From IMG/VR virus record IMGVR_UViG_3300042430_003153: a stretch of DNA of 64,000 bases. One strand, 5' to 3'. Positions within the stretch are counted from its first letter, which is position 1; each line of letters opens with the position of its first letter. Source of the stretch: a virus (lineage: Duplodnaviria > Heunggongvirae > Uroviricota > Caudoviricetes). Below the pieces are notes generated by a model. That model worked only from the letters and a program-made list of their open reading frames with translations. It ran no database searches and was not told the origin of the DNA. The position numbers and the translations under genes are program-made. Positions 19,094 through 28,376 of this stretch are shown in pieces.

Positions 19094-19120
19094 TAATTTG
19101 TATTATCTTTATTTTTTCCA

Positions 19121-19128
19121 TATATTTG
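19121..19128 (+). promoter_or_regulatory. Bacteroidetes-type -7 promoter element TATATTTG
   Basis: Motif ends 4 nt before the ATG at 19133. Confidence 0.4.
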
Positions 19129-19132
19129 CAGT

Positions 19133-19492
19133 ATGGATATAAATAGAATTAACGATATGGTAGATAGAAAAGTAATCCAATCCTTTCAGGAGGGATTTTC
19201 TATCGGTGCTATTCAATCTGATTTAATGGTTAGAATGAAAAACTTCATGAAGACTATTGAAAAAGATGATAGTTCTAATTACCAGGAGTTATATAATTCT
19301 GAATTTAGTCAAATCTCAAATATCCGTCTTAGATATGGTATTACTTACATCAAACAATGTGAAAAAAGAATTAAAGATTTGAGTTGGATTTTTGATAAGA
19401 AAAAAAGATTTCCAGGTTATACCAATTCTCAAATTTTTAAGATGATACAATTCAAAGAAAAATTGTTAAAAAAAGAAGATTTAGTCGCTTAA
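19133..19492 (+). CDS. hypothetical protein
   Basis: 119 aa ORF. Confidence 0.45.
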   Translation: MDINRINDMVDRKVIQSFQEGFSIGAIQSDLMVRMKNFMKTIEKDDSSNYQELYNSEFSQISNIRLRYGITYIKQCEKRIKDLSWIFDKKKRFPGYTNSQIFKMIQFKEKLLKKEDLVA

Positions 19493-19519
19493 TTCCTTTG
19501 CTGTTATTGATATTCTCCT

Positions 19520-19527
19520 TATATTTG
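19520..19527 (+). promoter_or_regulatory. Bacteroidetes-type -7 promoter element within conserved 15-mer TCTCCTTATATTTGT
   Basis: Identical 15-mer also at 27267..27281. Motif ends 4 nt before the ATG at 19532. Confidence 0.45.
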
Positions 19528-19531
19528 TATT

Positions 19532-19753
19532 ATGAAAATCGATAAAGGAACACTCTGGAACATTCTTGAAAAATACGACACTAAAGAGTATGAAGCTCTT
19601 TGTGATGGGTTATCTAATATTATCAGAGAAAAAGAAGACATCAACGATTTTCTAAACATCTATACTTACTATGATAAGATTGACAATTCTGATAGAAAGT
19701 TAATCGAAGAGCAGGTTGGAAATAAAATCACCGGAGCGCTTTTCTCAATTTAG
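19532..19753 (+). CDS. hypothetical protein
   Basis: 73 aa ORF. Confidence 0.4.
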   Translation: MKIDKGTLWNILEKYDTKEYEALCDGLSNIIREKEDINDFLNIYTYYDKIDNSDRKLIEEQVGNKITGALFSI

Positions 19754-19787
19754 ATTTATATTACTTTTGATGGGTAATATATAACCT

Positions 19788-20660
19788 ATGAAACCACTAC
19801 TAACTTTATTATTCTCCTTCTTTATTTCATTTTTTTATTGTCAAGTATCACAAGACACGGTAAGTCTTTCCCCACAAGAGTTATTTGAATTTAACTCAAG
19901 ATGGAACAATTTAGGTGTATCACAAATTTATGTAGACTTTTCAAAAGATGTTTTATCGACTTCCGACTTATCATTTGGAGTTGTTGGTAAAAGAGTATCT
20001 ACTACACTTAATCTATCATATAATATCCAGTCTAAAAATGGCAAATGGAGTAATATGATATTAAGTTCAATTAATCCACTCTGGAAATATTATGGAATTG
20101 GTTATGGATTATCTATGACTACTGATAAAAGAAATACTACACTACAAACTATGTTGTCAAGTGATTTTAATTTTCAAAATAATATAAATATATCAATAAT
20201 AGATGTCTATAAAACTAAAAAGTTAGGTAAATTTGGATGGAGTTTAACTGCATCAAAAACATACTGGGGTGAATGGGAAGGCCCCTGGGAAGGACAATAC
20301 ATAGTAGATTCACTTGGAAATTGGGTTTCTAATGTTTACCCTATGAATCCACCATCTAATCAATTAACAACGAGAGCTATGGTGATGTATACTTACTCAA
20401 TTAAAACAAAAATTGTTGATATATCACCCCAGATTTTTGTAACTGGTGATATTTACAAAGTTTTTAAAAGTCCTGAATTAAATATTAGTTATTTTGACGA
20501 TTTTAATTTAGATATTTATTATGGTGTAAATATGAATTGGAAAATCACTAAGAAGTTTGTTTTAAATACCACAATAAGATTTAACAATACTTATGATAAG
20601 GTTGATTTAGGATTTAAAAAGAGTAATCCTATTCTATTTATGATAGGAACAAGTTTCTAA
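19788..20660 (+). CDS. secreted protein, possible outer-membrane beta-barrel
   Basis: Signal peptide MKPLLTLLFSFFISFFYCQ. Alternating amphipathic strands. C-terminal aromatic residue (..IGTSF). Confidence 0.5.
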   Translation: MKPLLTLLFSFFISFFYCQVSQDTVSLSPQELFEFNSRWNNLGVSQIYVDFSKDVLSTSDLSFGVVGKRVSTTLNLSYNIQSKNGKWSNMILSSINPLWKYYGIGYGLSMTTDKRNTTLQTMLSSDFNFQNNINISIIDVYKTKKLGKFGWSLTASKTYWGEWEGPWEGQYIVDSLGNWVSNVYPMNPPSNQLTTRAMVMYTYSIKTKIVDISPQIFVTGDIYKVFKSPELNISYFDDFNLDIYYGVNMNWKITKKFVLNTTIRFNNTYDKVDLGFKKSNPILFMIGTSF

Positions 20661-21349
20661 GACTTTGATATTTTAACTTTTATACCAACAGTCAATTTGT
20701 GAATCATACGTGTTTCACTATCACTTCTATAATTAATCAAATCCTGTATAGTTAAATTTACTTTATTCTTTGGAAATAAGACTAATTGATTGCTAGCGTT
20801 TATTATTTGATTATTGAAATCAGTCATACTGGGTTGAAAATAAACTTCGCTTATAAACTGAATCTTTTCTGTTGTCCATTTAATTCTTGTTCTTAATGAA
20901 TGTCTGAAATAATCTTTTTCTATTCCGTTTGCGAAAACTGTTTTTTGATACAAACCAGCATAGGATACTGATATTTTGAATTTATCTTTTTGTTCTTTTT
21001 TAATACCGCCTCCGATACCAATAAAGTTATCGTTATCAATTCCTCTAATAAAAGAGTAGTTGTATGTATGTGTTACGAAGGCGTCAAATTTAGAATTATT
21101 ATATCTAATATTTTGTCTACTTAAATATTCATTATTTGTAAGTTGTGGTGAATATTGAATTATATAAGATGGGTTATAATCAAATCCAAATTTTTTATAA
21201 TCCAACGAGTTAATACCACCTAAGGTAAGAGTGAGTTGATTACCTGTTTTAGTTGTTCCATAAACACCGGTTAAGGTATTATCAAAAGACCATTTTAACT
21301 GACCGAGACTAAGCAAAGGCAATAAGCAAAATAAAAGTAAAAGTTTCAT
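20657..21349 (-). CDS. secreted protein, possible outer-membrane beta-barrel
   Basis: Signal peptide MKLLLLFCLLPLLSLGQ. Gly/Tyr/Asn-rich beta-strand-like repeats. Confidence 0.5.
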   Translation of the reverse strand: MKLLLLFCLLPLLSLGQLKWSFDNTLTGVYGTTKTGNQLTLTLGGINSLDYKKFGFDYNPSYIIQYSPQLTNNEYLSRQNIRYNNSKFDAFVTHTYNYSFIRGIDNDNFIGIGGGIKKEQKDKFKISVSYAGLYQKTVFANGIEKDYFRHSLRTRIKWTTEKIQFISEVYFQPSMTDFNNQIINASNQLVLFPKNKVNLTIQDLINYRSDSETRMIHKLTVGIKVKISKS

Positions 21350-21352
21350 AGT

Positions 21353-22093
21353 TTATTTTTTAATCCATTCTTTAAATCTAATAATAGATTCTTGTAGACT
21401 TTCTACAAAATTGAAATCCTTAAGAAATTCACCAAATTCAGCGACGTATTCTTCTTTGGATTCATCATTGGCATTTTTTAAATATTGCCAATTAAATGAT
21501 AATTGATTAGGAGTTTTAAAACCAAAGAATTCTAAAACTTCTTTTTCTAATTTTACAGCTTCTGATCCATTCCAGTTATGTCCAACAGCAATTACACCAG
21601 CCTCTTTATTTTTAAGTAGATTAGATTCACCAAGTGTTGTGTGTCTATTTTCTAACCAAGTCAGTCTTTCAATTAAAGAAGTATAGATAGCATTCATCTT
21701 ACCCCATCTAATTGAACCAAAGAATATTACAATATCTGCATCAAAAATTGCATTTGCAACTTTATACATTTCATCTGATTTGTTATTTAGTGATGCCCAG
21801 CATCTGATTTGACCAGTAGGATTCTTTTCTTTATCACCAAGTTTAGCATCTTTTAAACCACAAGTGTTTCCTCTTTTGGTAGAAACGTTTCCTTCACAAG
21901 GAAATATCTTTAACTTTGCAACATTCATTACTTGACATCTATCACTTCCTAATTTCTTCATAAGTTCTTCAGCAATGATAGAAGACTTTGGTAATTCTTT
22001 ATCACCACTCCATCTATTTGAAGTTGTTAAGAAAAGAATTTTCTTTTTATTATTCTTCTTTAAATAGTTATAAAGTCTTTTTAATTCGGTCAT
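21353..22093 (-). CDS. flavodoxin-fold NAD(P)H-dependent FMN reductase-like protein
   Basis: KILFLTTSNR N-terminal beta-strand/phosphate-loop-like region and DIVIFFGSIRWG second nucleotide-binding loop. Weak assignment. Confidence 0.4.
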   Translation of the reverse strand: MTELKRLYNYLKKNNKKKILFLTTSNRWSGDKELPKSSIIAEELMKKLGSDRCQVMNVAKLKIFPCEGNVSTKRGNTCGLKDAKLGDKEKNPTGQIRCWASLNNKSDEMYKVANAIFDADIVIFFGSIRWGKMNAIYTSLIERLTWLENRHTTLGESNLLKNKEAGVIAVGHNWNGSEAVKLEKEVLEFFGFKTPNQLSFNWQYLKNANDESKEEYVAEFGEFLKDFNFVESLQESIIRFKEWIKK

Positions 22094-22124
22094 AATTTAT
22101 ATATTAAATATCTAACACAATTTA

Positions 22125-23054
22125 TTACAAACCGAATTCTCTTTTTAACTCTTCACTTATTGTTTCAGGAATTGCTGATGGTGGAATTGATTCTCTTTTT
22201 AGTTTCCAATGAAGTCCTTCCCAATTTTTAATTTCCTGTTCAAGTTTCATTAGAGAAGACTCTTCTAAATTAACTTCTTCTATTTTCATTAGTAAATACT
22301 TTTTGACTTCTTCAATGTCTGATTCTAATTGTAAAAGTCTTTCTTCTCTTCTTTTTAGTTCACCCGATTTAGATTCGATATCTCTTTCTTTTTCGGAAAG
22401 AGCTCTTATATCTCTGTCAATTTTTAATTGTAACTCGGAATATTTGATATCTAAATCTTTTGATGATTCTAATAAACTTCTATCTAAGTTTCTTTCTTTT
22501 TCGTTAAGAGATTGAATTTTATCTTCTAAATCGATTTGTCTTTCAGTCAATTCTCTTGATCTCGTTCTTAAATCATCTTCTTTTTTATCTAATCCTTGAA
22601 GTTCGTTTTTGTAATCAACTTCTCTTTTTTCAACTCTCTTTAATCGAATATCAATTTCATCTTCTTTATCTTTTATTCTACGTTCTCTATTATTTAAATC
22701 TTTTTCTTTCCATTCAATCTCTCTGATTTTAGATTCATCGAATGTTGATACAGGTGTATTATTCTGTTGAATAGATGAAAGAACCATATCTTCAATAAAT
22801 GGAACAAGTTTTTTGTGAAACTGAGAAGGAGTTGGAAACTTCTGAGTTTTCATATATGAAAGCATTTCAGCCTTCCAATCAATGTTATCAAAAAGTTGAG
22901 GATTAGCTTCAACTATATCTCTATCAATTGGAATATTCTCACCTTTTAATTTATATTGATATTCCTCTATTATAGTTCCAGATTTTATTAGAAATATCTT
23001 TTTATCAGGGGTGATATATTGGTAGTCGGAAAGAAGTTTGTGTTTAATTTTCAT
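22125..23054 (-). CDS. coiled-coil protein with charged repeats
   Basis: C-terminal 200 aa are heptad-like E/K/R/D repeats (ERRIKDKEDEIDIRLKRVEKRE...). Confidence 0.5.
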   Translation of the reverse strand: MKIKHKLLSDYQYITPDKKIFLIKSGTIIEEYQYKLKGENIPIDRDIVEANPQLFDNIDWKAEMLSYMKTQKFPTPSQFHKKLVPFIEDMVLSSIQQNNTPVSTFDESKIREIEWKEKDLNNRERRIKDKEDEIDIRLKRVEKREVDYKNELQGLDKKEDDLRTRSRELTERQIDLEDKIQSLNEKERNLDRSLLESSKDLDIKYSELQLKIDRDIRALSEKERDIESKSGELKRREERLLQLESDIEEVKKYLLMKIEEVNLEESSLMKLEQEIKNWEGLHWKLKRESIPPSAIPETISEELKREFGL

Positions 23055-23111
23055 TTCAAAAATTATATTTTCATTATATATAAAAATCCACTTTTTTTGT
23101 TTTATTTTTAA

Positions 23112-23119
23112 TATATTTG
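23112..23119 (+). promoter_or_regulatory. Bacteroidetes-type -7 promoter element TATATTTG
   Basis: 7 nt upstream of the ATG at 23127. Divergent intergenic region. Confidence 0.4.
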
Positions 23120-23126
23120 TAGTTAA

Positions 23127-23579
23127 ATGGAGGATAAAAATTTAAATAAGTTAATAAATCTGTTAAGTTTCAATCTTAACTTATCAAGATATTGTGATGT
23201 TGGACCTTTGGTTAATCAATCACCTGATTATATTTTAGAAAAATATAATCATTGGATAGGAGTTTATGCAATAACGGATTATCCAAATTACACACCTGAT
23301 GATTTAACTACTTTCTTTAATCAATATCACAAAATATGGAAAAGTGATATTTATTATGTTAAGAGACATCTTCTTTATTTACAAGAAACCGAGAGTCTAG
23401 AAATGACAACGATGGTTGATTCTTTTGAAAGATATTTTGGACCAATTGAAATGATAAGTGATGTTATAAAACCTGGGTTGCATTTCAAACTTGAAGACTT
23501 TAAAAAAGATATATTAATCGGAAATAAAAAAAATATACAAATTATCCTCAGAGATATGAGATTAAAAGAATTATTATAA
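23127..23579 (+). CDS. hypothetical protein
   Basis: 150 aa ORF. Confidence 0.5.
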   Translation: MEDKNLNKLINLLSFNLNLSRYCDVGPLVNQSPDYILEKYNHWIGVYAITDYPNYTPDDLTTFFNQYHKIWKSDIYYVKRHLLYLQETESLEMTTMVDSFERYFGPIEMISDVIKPGLHFKLEDFKKDILIGNKKNIQIILRDMRLKELL

Positions 23580-23580
23580 C

Positions 23581-23952
23581 ATGAAATATAAAGATAAAGG
23601 ATTTTTAAAGTATCAAGAAAAACAACGAGACGGTGAATTTGATGATTGGTCACGCAAATCTGATAGACAAATTCGTAGAGAATCAGAACATCGATTTTCC
23701 ACATTCTATCAAAAGTTTTTGATAGGAAGAATTGATAAGTATTGGTGGAAACACTTAAAAGATAGTGATAAAGAAAAAGTCATGTCACTTTATTCTCTTC
23801 AATTAGATGCCATTTCGACTAAAGATGTTGATAGATGGTATTCAGATCCGGTATTCGAAACCTGGACCGAATGGCATGATTATATAATGACAACTTTTAA
23901 ACCAAATAGAATATCATTAAGAGAGGATAAACTCAAAGTTTTAGGTATATAA
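23581..23952 (+). CDS. hypothetical protein
   Basis: 123 aa, Trp-rich. Confidence 0.5.
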   Translation: MKYKDKGFLKYQEKQRDGEFDDWSRKSDRQIRRESEHRFSTFYQKFLIGRIDKYWWKHLKDSDKEKVMSLYSLQLDAISTKDVDRWYSDPVFETWTEWHDYIMTTFKPNRISLREDKLKVLGI

Positions 23953-23967
23953 AAAATAGTTTTTATT

Positions 23968-24180
23968 ATGAGAAAAGGTGACAAACTTATTTGTAAAAAA
24001 GATATAAAAAATATATTCGGCTGGATTCTATTTGAAAAAGGTAAAGTATATGAAGTTCTTTATATTGATAATGAGAAACCAGAGATTATGGTAGTTCTTA
24101 ATCACAAAATGTATGCTAATGAATATAATGAATATTCACTTGAATGGATAAACGAAAATTTTAAATATGGTAAAGGATAA
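23968..24180 (+). CDS. hypothetical protein
   Basis: 70 aa ORF. Confidence 0.4.
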   Translation: MRKGDKLICKKDIKNIFGWILFEKGKVYEVLYIDNEKPEIMVVLNHKMYANEYNEYSLEWINENFKYGKG

Positions 24181-24586
24181 AATAGCATTAGTAATTGAAA
24201 CTTTGATTTCTACAACACAGTCAGGTAATTTGATTTGGGATGAAGATAGTTCTTCATATGATAGAAGATACAAGCGAAAAATGATATCAGTGGGAGAAGA
24301 TACTTCTCTTTATGAATTGGAGATAGAGTATAAACTCAATAATGAAAAATTCATACTGGATAAAAATCCATCACTTTGGATTAGAAATCCAAAATTACCA
24401 AACGGTATGTTCTATATTTATGGAGGTAATTATGATTTAACAAAATTACGAGATATGATAATGGTTAAATTCTTACCTGACTTCCAACCAACATTAGGTG
24501 ACTTAGAAGATACACTTGATGAAATTGCCAAAGGTATTAGTGTGTCTGAATTCAGAGACGGTAAAATAAATAAAATTTTAAATTAA
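24167..24586 (+). CDS. hypothetical protein
   Basis: 139 aa ORF, overlaps the upstream stop. Confidence 0.45.
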   Translation: MVKDKIALVIETLISTTQSGNLIWDEDSSSYDRRYKRKMISVGEDTSLYELEIEYKLNNEKFILDKNPSLWIRNPKLPNGMFYIYGGNYDLTKLRDMIMVKFLPDFQPTLGDLEDTLDEIAKGISVSEFRDGKINKILN

Positions 24587-24590
24587 TAAT

Positions 24591-25157
24591 ATGTATATCA
24601 TTAACACAAACCTAGAAGAAGTATTGAAAGAATTTCAATTCGTAGAAAGTTGGATGGATACCATCTGTCAAAATATTCTACATAAAGATAGAGAGGATTG
24701 TAAGACTACTTTATTTTATAATTATGGATACTTTGTTCCGAAAGGAAAAGGTGCAAATCCAGAACAGTATGACATGATGTTTAGTGATAGACTCGAATAT
24801 GAGTTATCAAAAGTAAGAGTGAATGTTACCATCAAAATTGATGAATTTATGATGACTAATCGACTTAAAAGAGGTATGATGCCGGAACTGGTTAAGTCTA
24901 TGGTAACTGAAATCACAAAATATAAAATGAGCATTGAGTGTGAGTTTCATCAAAATCAAGAAGTAAAAGATTCAATTCCAGATTTTGATGAAAGTGTAGT
25001 ATCTATCGAAGTTATTAGAAAAGAAATTGGAGAAGATAAAATCGAAGAAGAGTATTTTGATATTGATGATATTTTAGATAAGATTGCTAGAAGTGGAATA
25101 GACTCACTTACTGAAGGTGAGAAAGATTTTCTTGATAAAAAAAGTAAAGAAATGTAA
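24591..25157 (+). CDS. hypothetical protein with C-terminal DIDDILDKI..GIDSLTEGEKDFLD motif
   Basis: C-terminal ~25 aa shared with ORF 16295..16933. Confidence 0.5.
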   Translation: MYIINTNLEEVLKEFQFVESWMDTICQNILHKDREDCKTTLFYNYGYFVPKGKGANPEQYDMMFSDRLEYELSKVRVNVTIKIDEFMMTNRLKRGMMPELVKSMVTEITKYKMSIECEFHQNQEVKDSIPDFDESVVSIEVIRKEIGEDKIEEEYFDIDDILDKIARSGIDSLTEGEKDFLDKKSKEM

Positions 25158-25957
25158 TGGATATAAACCAGATATACAGAGGTGACTCATTAGAGTTATT
25201 AAAACAATTACCAGACAACTCAGTTGATTTGGTGATAACGTCACCTCCGTATGCTGATTTAAAGGTATACATCGATAATCCAGGAATTTTAGCTGATAAC
25301 TATGTAGAGTGGTTTCTACCAATATGTAATGAAATCTGTCGAGTTATTAAACCGACAGGTTCTTTTATTTTAAATATCAATGATAAAGTCGAAGGTGGAT
25401 TTAGACATCCTTATGTTTTTGATTTGATATCAGAAATTCATAAAAGAACTGAATTGAAAATGTTTGAAAGACTTTTCTGGAATAAAATGAAAGGTCTTCC
25501 TAATAGAAGTAGATTTGGAGATAGAGTTGAATATCTATTCTGGTTTGCTAAAGAAAAGGGTTTCAAATTCAACATTGATGAAATGAGAACTGAGTATTCA
25601 GAGAAGTCAATTCAGAGAATGAAAAAACCTCTTAAAAAAAGATTTGCTAGAACAGAAAATGATTCTGATGAATATAAAGACTGGTCACCAAATCCACTTG
25701 GTGCTCTTCCAACAACATTAGTAAATATTTCATCTGAGTCTAAAAAGATTGCTGATAATCACGTTGCTGTTTATCCAGTTGAGTTAGTTGATTACTTTAT
25801 TAAAGGTTCAACTTTAGAAGGTGATTTAGTTTTAGATCCGTTTATGGGAACTGGAACAACTGGAGTTTCTGCTAAAAAATTAGGTAGAAACTTTATAGGA
25901 TTTGAAAAACAATTAGAATATATCGAAATTGCTAATAGGAGGATTGAACAATGTTAA
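25157..25957 (+). CDS. DNA N6-adenine/N4-cytosine methyltransferase, beta class (PF01555-like)
   Basis: DLVITSPPY (motif IV) near the N-terminus and LDPFMGTGTTG (motif I) near the C-terminus. Confidence 0.8.
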   Translation: MDINQIYRGDSLELLKQLPDNSVDLVITSPPYADLKVYIDNPGILADNYVEWFLPICNEICRVIKPTGSFILNINDKVEGGFRHPYVFDLISEIHKRTELKMFERLFWNKMKGLPNRSRFGDRVEYLFWFAKEKGFKFNIDEMRTEYSEKSIQRMKKPLKKRFARTENDSDEYKDWSPNPLGALPTTLVNISSESKKIADNHVAVYPVELVDYFIKGSTLEGDLVLDPFMGTGTTGVSAKKLGRNFIGFEKQLEYIEIANRRIEQC

Positions 25958-26253
25958 GAATATCTAAAAATACTAACAAGATTTCTTCTATAAATTGGTA
26001 TACTAAAGAAGAGGTAGATTCTAATTACAATGGTAATGAAATAGATAGTTTTGTTATTATACCTGGTGTTACTCAATATCAACATATCTATACAAAAGGA
26101 AAATGGATAGTGTTTGATGGTAAATCAAGTTATATAGGTGTAGAGTTTACATCGGACAGTGACTTGGAAAGATTCTTCGTTCAGCTAATGAGAGAAATTA
26201 AACTTAATCAAATCACAAATGTAAATGTTGATGTTGATACAAAAAGTAAATAA
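25951..26253 (+). CDS. hypothetical protein
   Basis: 100 aa. Start overlaps the MTase stop. Confidence 0.45.
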   Translation: MLRISKNTNKISSINWYTKEEVDSNYNGNEIDSFVIIPGVTQYQHIYTKGKWIVFDGKSSYIGVEFTSDSDLERFFVQLMREIKLNQITNVNVDVDTKSK

Positions 26254-26258
26254 TATGA

Positions 26259-26495
26259 GTGGAGATATATTGCAAACGAACAATGTTTAACACAGATGAA
26301 AAAATAGTAATTTGTTCTAAAGGTAAGATTTATAAAACCCATCCACCAACTGACTTCGAAGACCAATGTGGAATTTGTCTATGGGTAGAGAGTGATTTAC
26401 CAGAAAGAGTTCCTATAACTGTAAAGATTTTCGATAAGTTCTTTACAACATTAGACGAGATTAGAGATATTAAATTAAACGAGATATTAAAATGA
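26259..26495 (+). CDS. hypothetical protein
   Basis: 78 aa ORF. Confidence 0.4.
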   Translation: MEIYCKRTMFNTDEKIVICSKGKIYKTHPPTDFEDQCGICLWVESDLPERVPITVKIFDKFFTTLDEIRDIKLNEILK

Positions 26496-27247
26496 AAAAA
26501 TATTTATCAGATAGTGAAATAATGAATTGGAATGACCGATTGAGTTCAACTTCATATTTTGTAATACCAAAATATCATACTCACCTTTCTTTTCCGATGA
26601 TAGTTTTTAAACAAAGAATAAAAACTGGATTAGGATCTTTTGGTATGGATCCGGAAGCCGAGGTTGTTACAATGGATCCACATATGAAATTTAATTTTTC
26701 ATTCTCTGTTGCTAAAAATAGAGTAGATAACTTTTTTCATATTTTTGATAAATGGTTTACAAATAAAATAGAGACAAAAACACTCTTCGAAGATAAGACT
26801 AATAGAGAAAAGATTGGTGATATCGAGGTATCTGGATCGATTATCAAATCAAAGACACAAACTGAACACAAAGTAAAAGAAAAAGAATACACTAAATTTA
26901 CTTATGAGTTTGAAGGACACTTATCATCAATAATGGCTTATGTTATGTTTTTAGAAGACACAATTGAAATCTTTTCTAAAATCTGGGGTTATGATGAAGA
27001 TGGCAGTGAACACACTTTAACCAAATTCGCAATTGGAGATATTGTAACCAAGACAGGAGACCAATCAGAAGACTATTTAGTATTAGATTTTTCACCAACT
27101 AAGTCAGATAATAAATTCAACATAAATTATGAGATTTGCAAGATGATCACAAAAGGACAAATCATTCAGTATGGTCAGGTTGAATATGTGAATATATCTG
27201 ATATAACTTGGTCTAGAAATAATCGAATTGATGATATTTTGAATTAA
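26492..27247 (+). CDS. hypothetical protein
   Basis: 251 aa ORF. Confidence 0.5.
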   Translation: MKKYLSDSEIMNWNDRLSSTSYFVIPKYHTHLSFPMIVFKQRIKTGLGSFGMDPEAEVVTMDPHMKFNFSFSVAKNRVDNFFHIFDKWFTNKIETKTLFEDKTNREKIGDIEVSGSIIKSKTQTEHKVKEKEYTKFTYEFEGHLSSIMAYVMFLEDTIEIFSKIWGYDEDGSEHTLTKFAIGDIVTKTGDQSEDYLVLDFSPTKSDNKFNINYEICKMITKGQIIQYGQVEYVNISDITWSRNNRIDDILN

Positions 27248-27273
27248 TTGTTTGGTTATTTATAATTTCTCCT

Positions 27274-27281
27274 TATATTTG
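27274..27281 (+). promoter_or_regulatory. Bacteroidetes-type -7 promoter element within conserved 15-mer TCTCCTTATATTTGT
   Basis: Same 15-mer as at 19513..19527. Motif ends 4 nt before the ATG at 27286. Confidence 0.45.
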
Positions 27282-27285
27282 TGAG

Positions 27286-27411
27286 ATGAACGATAAAATA
27301 ACAAATAAAACATTGGTACAGATAGCACTTATCACAGGTGTTGTCGTTTTGGCATCATTGGGTGTCAATGGTTGGGGTTGGTTAATATTTTTGCTTTTTA
27401 TTACTTCTTAA
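27286..27411 (+). CDS. small hydrophobic peptide (41 aa, one TM helix)
   Basis: MNDKITNKTLVQIALITGVVVLASLGVNGWGWLIFLLFITS. ATG 4 nt after the promoter motif. Below ORF-track size cutoff. Confidence 0.3.
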   Translation: MNDKITNKTLVQIALITGVVVLASLGVNGWGWLIFLLFITS

Positions 27412-27415
27412 TTTA

Positions 27416-27925
27416 ATGAATACTTGGATAGATAAACAATTTTCTGACTTTCTTGAAGAAGAAAGAAAGAATTGTTATTGGTTTTGGTTTAAAGGTAAGA
27501 TTACACAGAAAAGAAAACTATCTGGTGAGATATATGAACAAAACTTATCAGGAACTTTGGAGTGGAATGGAATTAGATTTCAGAATGGATTTAATCATTG
27601 TTTTAATATTCTAACAAATAGTTATATGAGAGGATTAAAAGAAGGAAAATACAACGGTCAAACTAAATCAGAGTTTGATAAGAATAAAATACGGGTTAGT
27701 GATATTTGGATTAAATCAGATGGTGATGTGGATAAAGCAATCACACTTGCAAAAACACAAGCTAATCGAATTACAGACGAGTGGAAAGCCCTAAATAGAG
27801 CGATGTGTGCTAAACAAATGGGTTATGAAGAAATATTTGAGACTTTCTTTCAACGTGCTTATGAGTTAGGTTCAGTCTCTAAACAAGAATACAGAGAATA
27901 TAAATTAGAAAAATTAGGAATATAA
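27416..27925 (+). CDS. hypothetical protein
   Basis: 169 aa ORF. Confidence 0.5.
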   Translation: MNTWIDKQFSDFLEEERKNCYWFWFKGKITQKRKLSGEIYEQNLSGTLEWNGIRFQNGFNHCFNILTNSYMRGLKEGKYNGQTKSEFDKNKIRVSDIWIKSDGDVDKAITLAKTQANRITDEWKALNRAMCAKQMGYEEIFETFFQRAYELGSVSKQEYREYKLEKLGI

Positions 27926-27936
27926 AAAATAAAAAT

Positions 27937-28350
27937 ATGCACGACGAAAACACTGACAAATCAAATAAGAATATTAATGTCTCAAATGAGTTTGTTGATA
28001 TTTTTAAAAACTTCAATGTTATTAATAAGGTTGAAGAAATGAAAGCGCTTTCTAAAAAAGAACTATACTTACTATTGACTCTTTGTTTAGATAAACACGA
28101 TGATGGACAACCAACTGTTGTTTATAATTTTCAACCGTTTAGAGAGCAAGTGATGGAGTTATTTGAAATACAGGATGACAAAGAAACTCTCAATCCGATT
28201 CTACAAGAACTTATTGAAGAAAGTGGTGACAAATATATTGAAACTGACAATATTGTTGATGTGGATGGAAACAAACTTCCAGAACCTTTAACTAAAGAAG
28301 AAGTTAGAGATGCTAAAATTAATATCATTAATAGTGATATTTCGGAATAA
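27937..28350 (+). CDS. hypothetical acidic protein
   Basis: 137 aa, strongly acidic. Confidence 0.5.
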   Translation: MHDENTDKSNKNINVSNEFVDIFKNFNVINKVEEMKALSKKELYLLLTLCLDKHDDGQPTVVYNFQPFREQVMELFEIQDDKETLNPILQELIEESGDKYIETDNIVDVDGNKLPEPLTKEEVRDAKINIINSDISE

Positions 28351-28355
28351 TTTAC

Positions 28356-28363
28356 TAAATTTG
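28356..28363 (+). promoter_or_regulatory. -7-like promoter element TAAATTTG in conserved context ACTAAATTTGTAAAAAAATAATTATG
   Basis: Near-identical to the element upstream of 30725 (ACTATATTTGTAAAAAATAATTA). ATG at 28377. Confidence 0.4.
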
Positions 28364-28376
28364 TAAAAAAATAATT

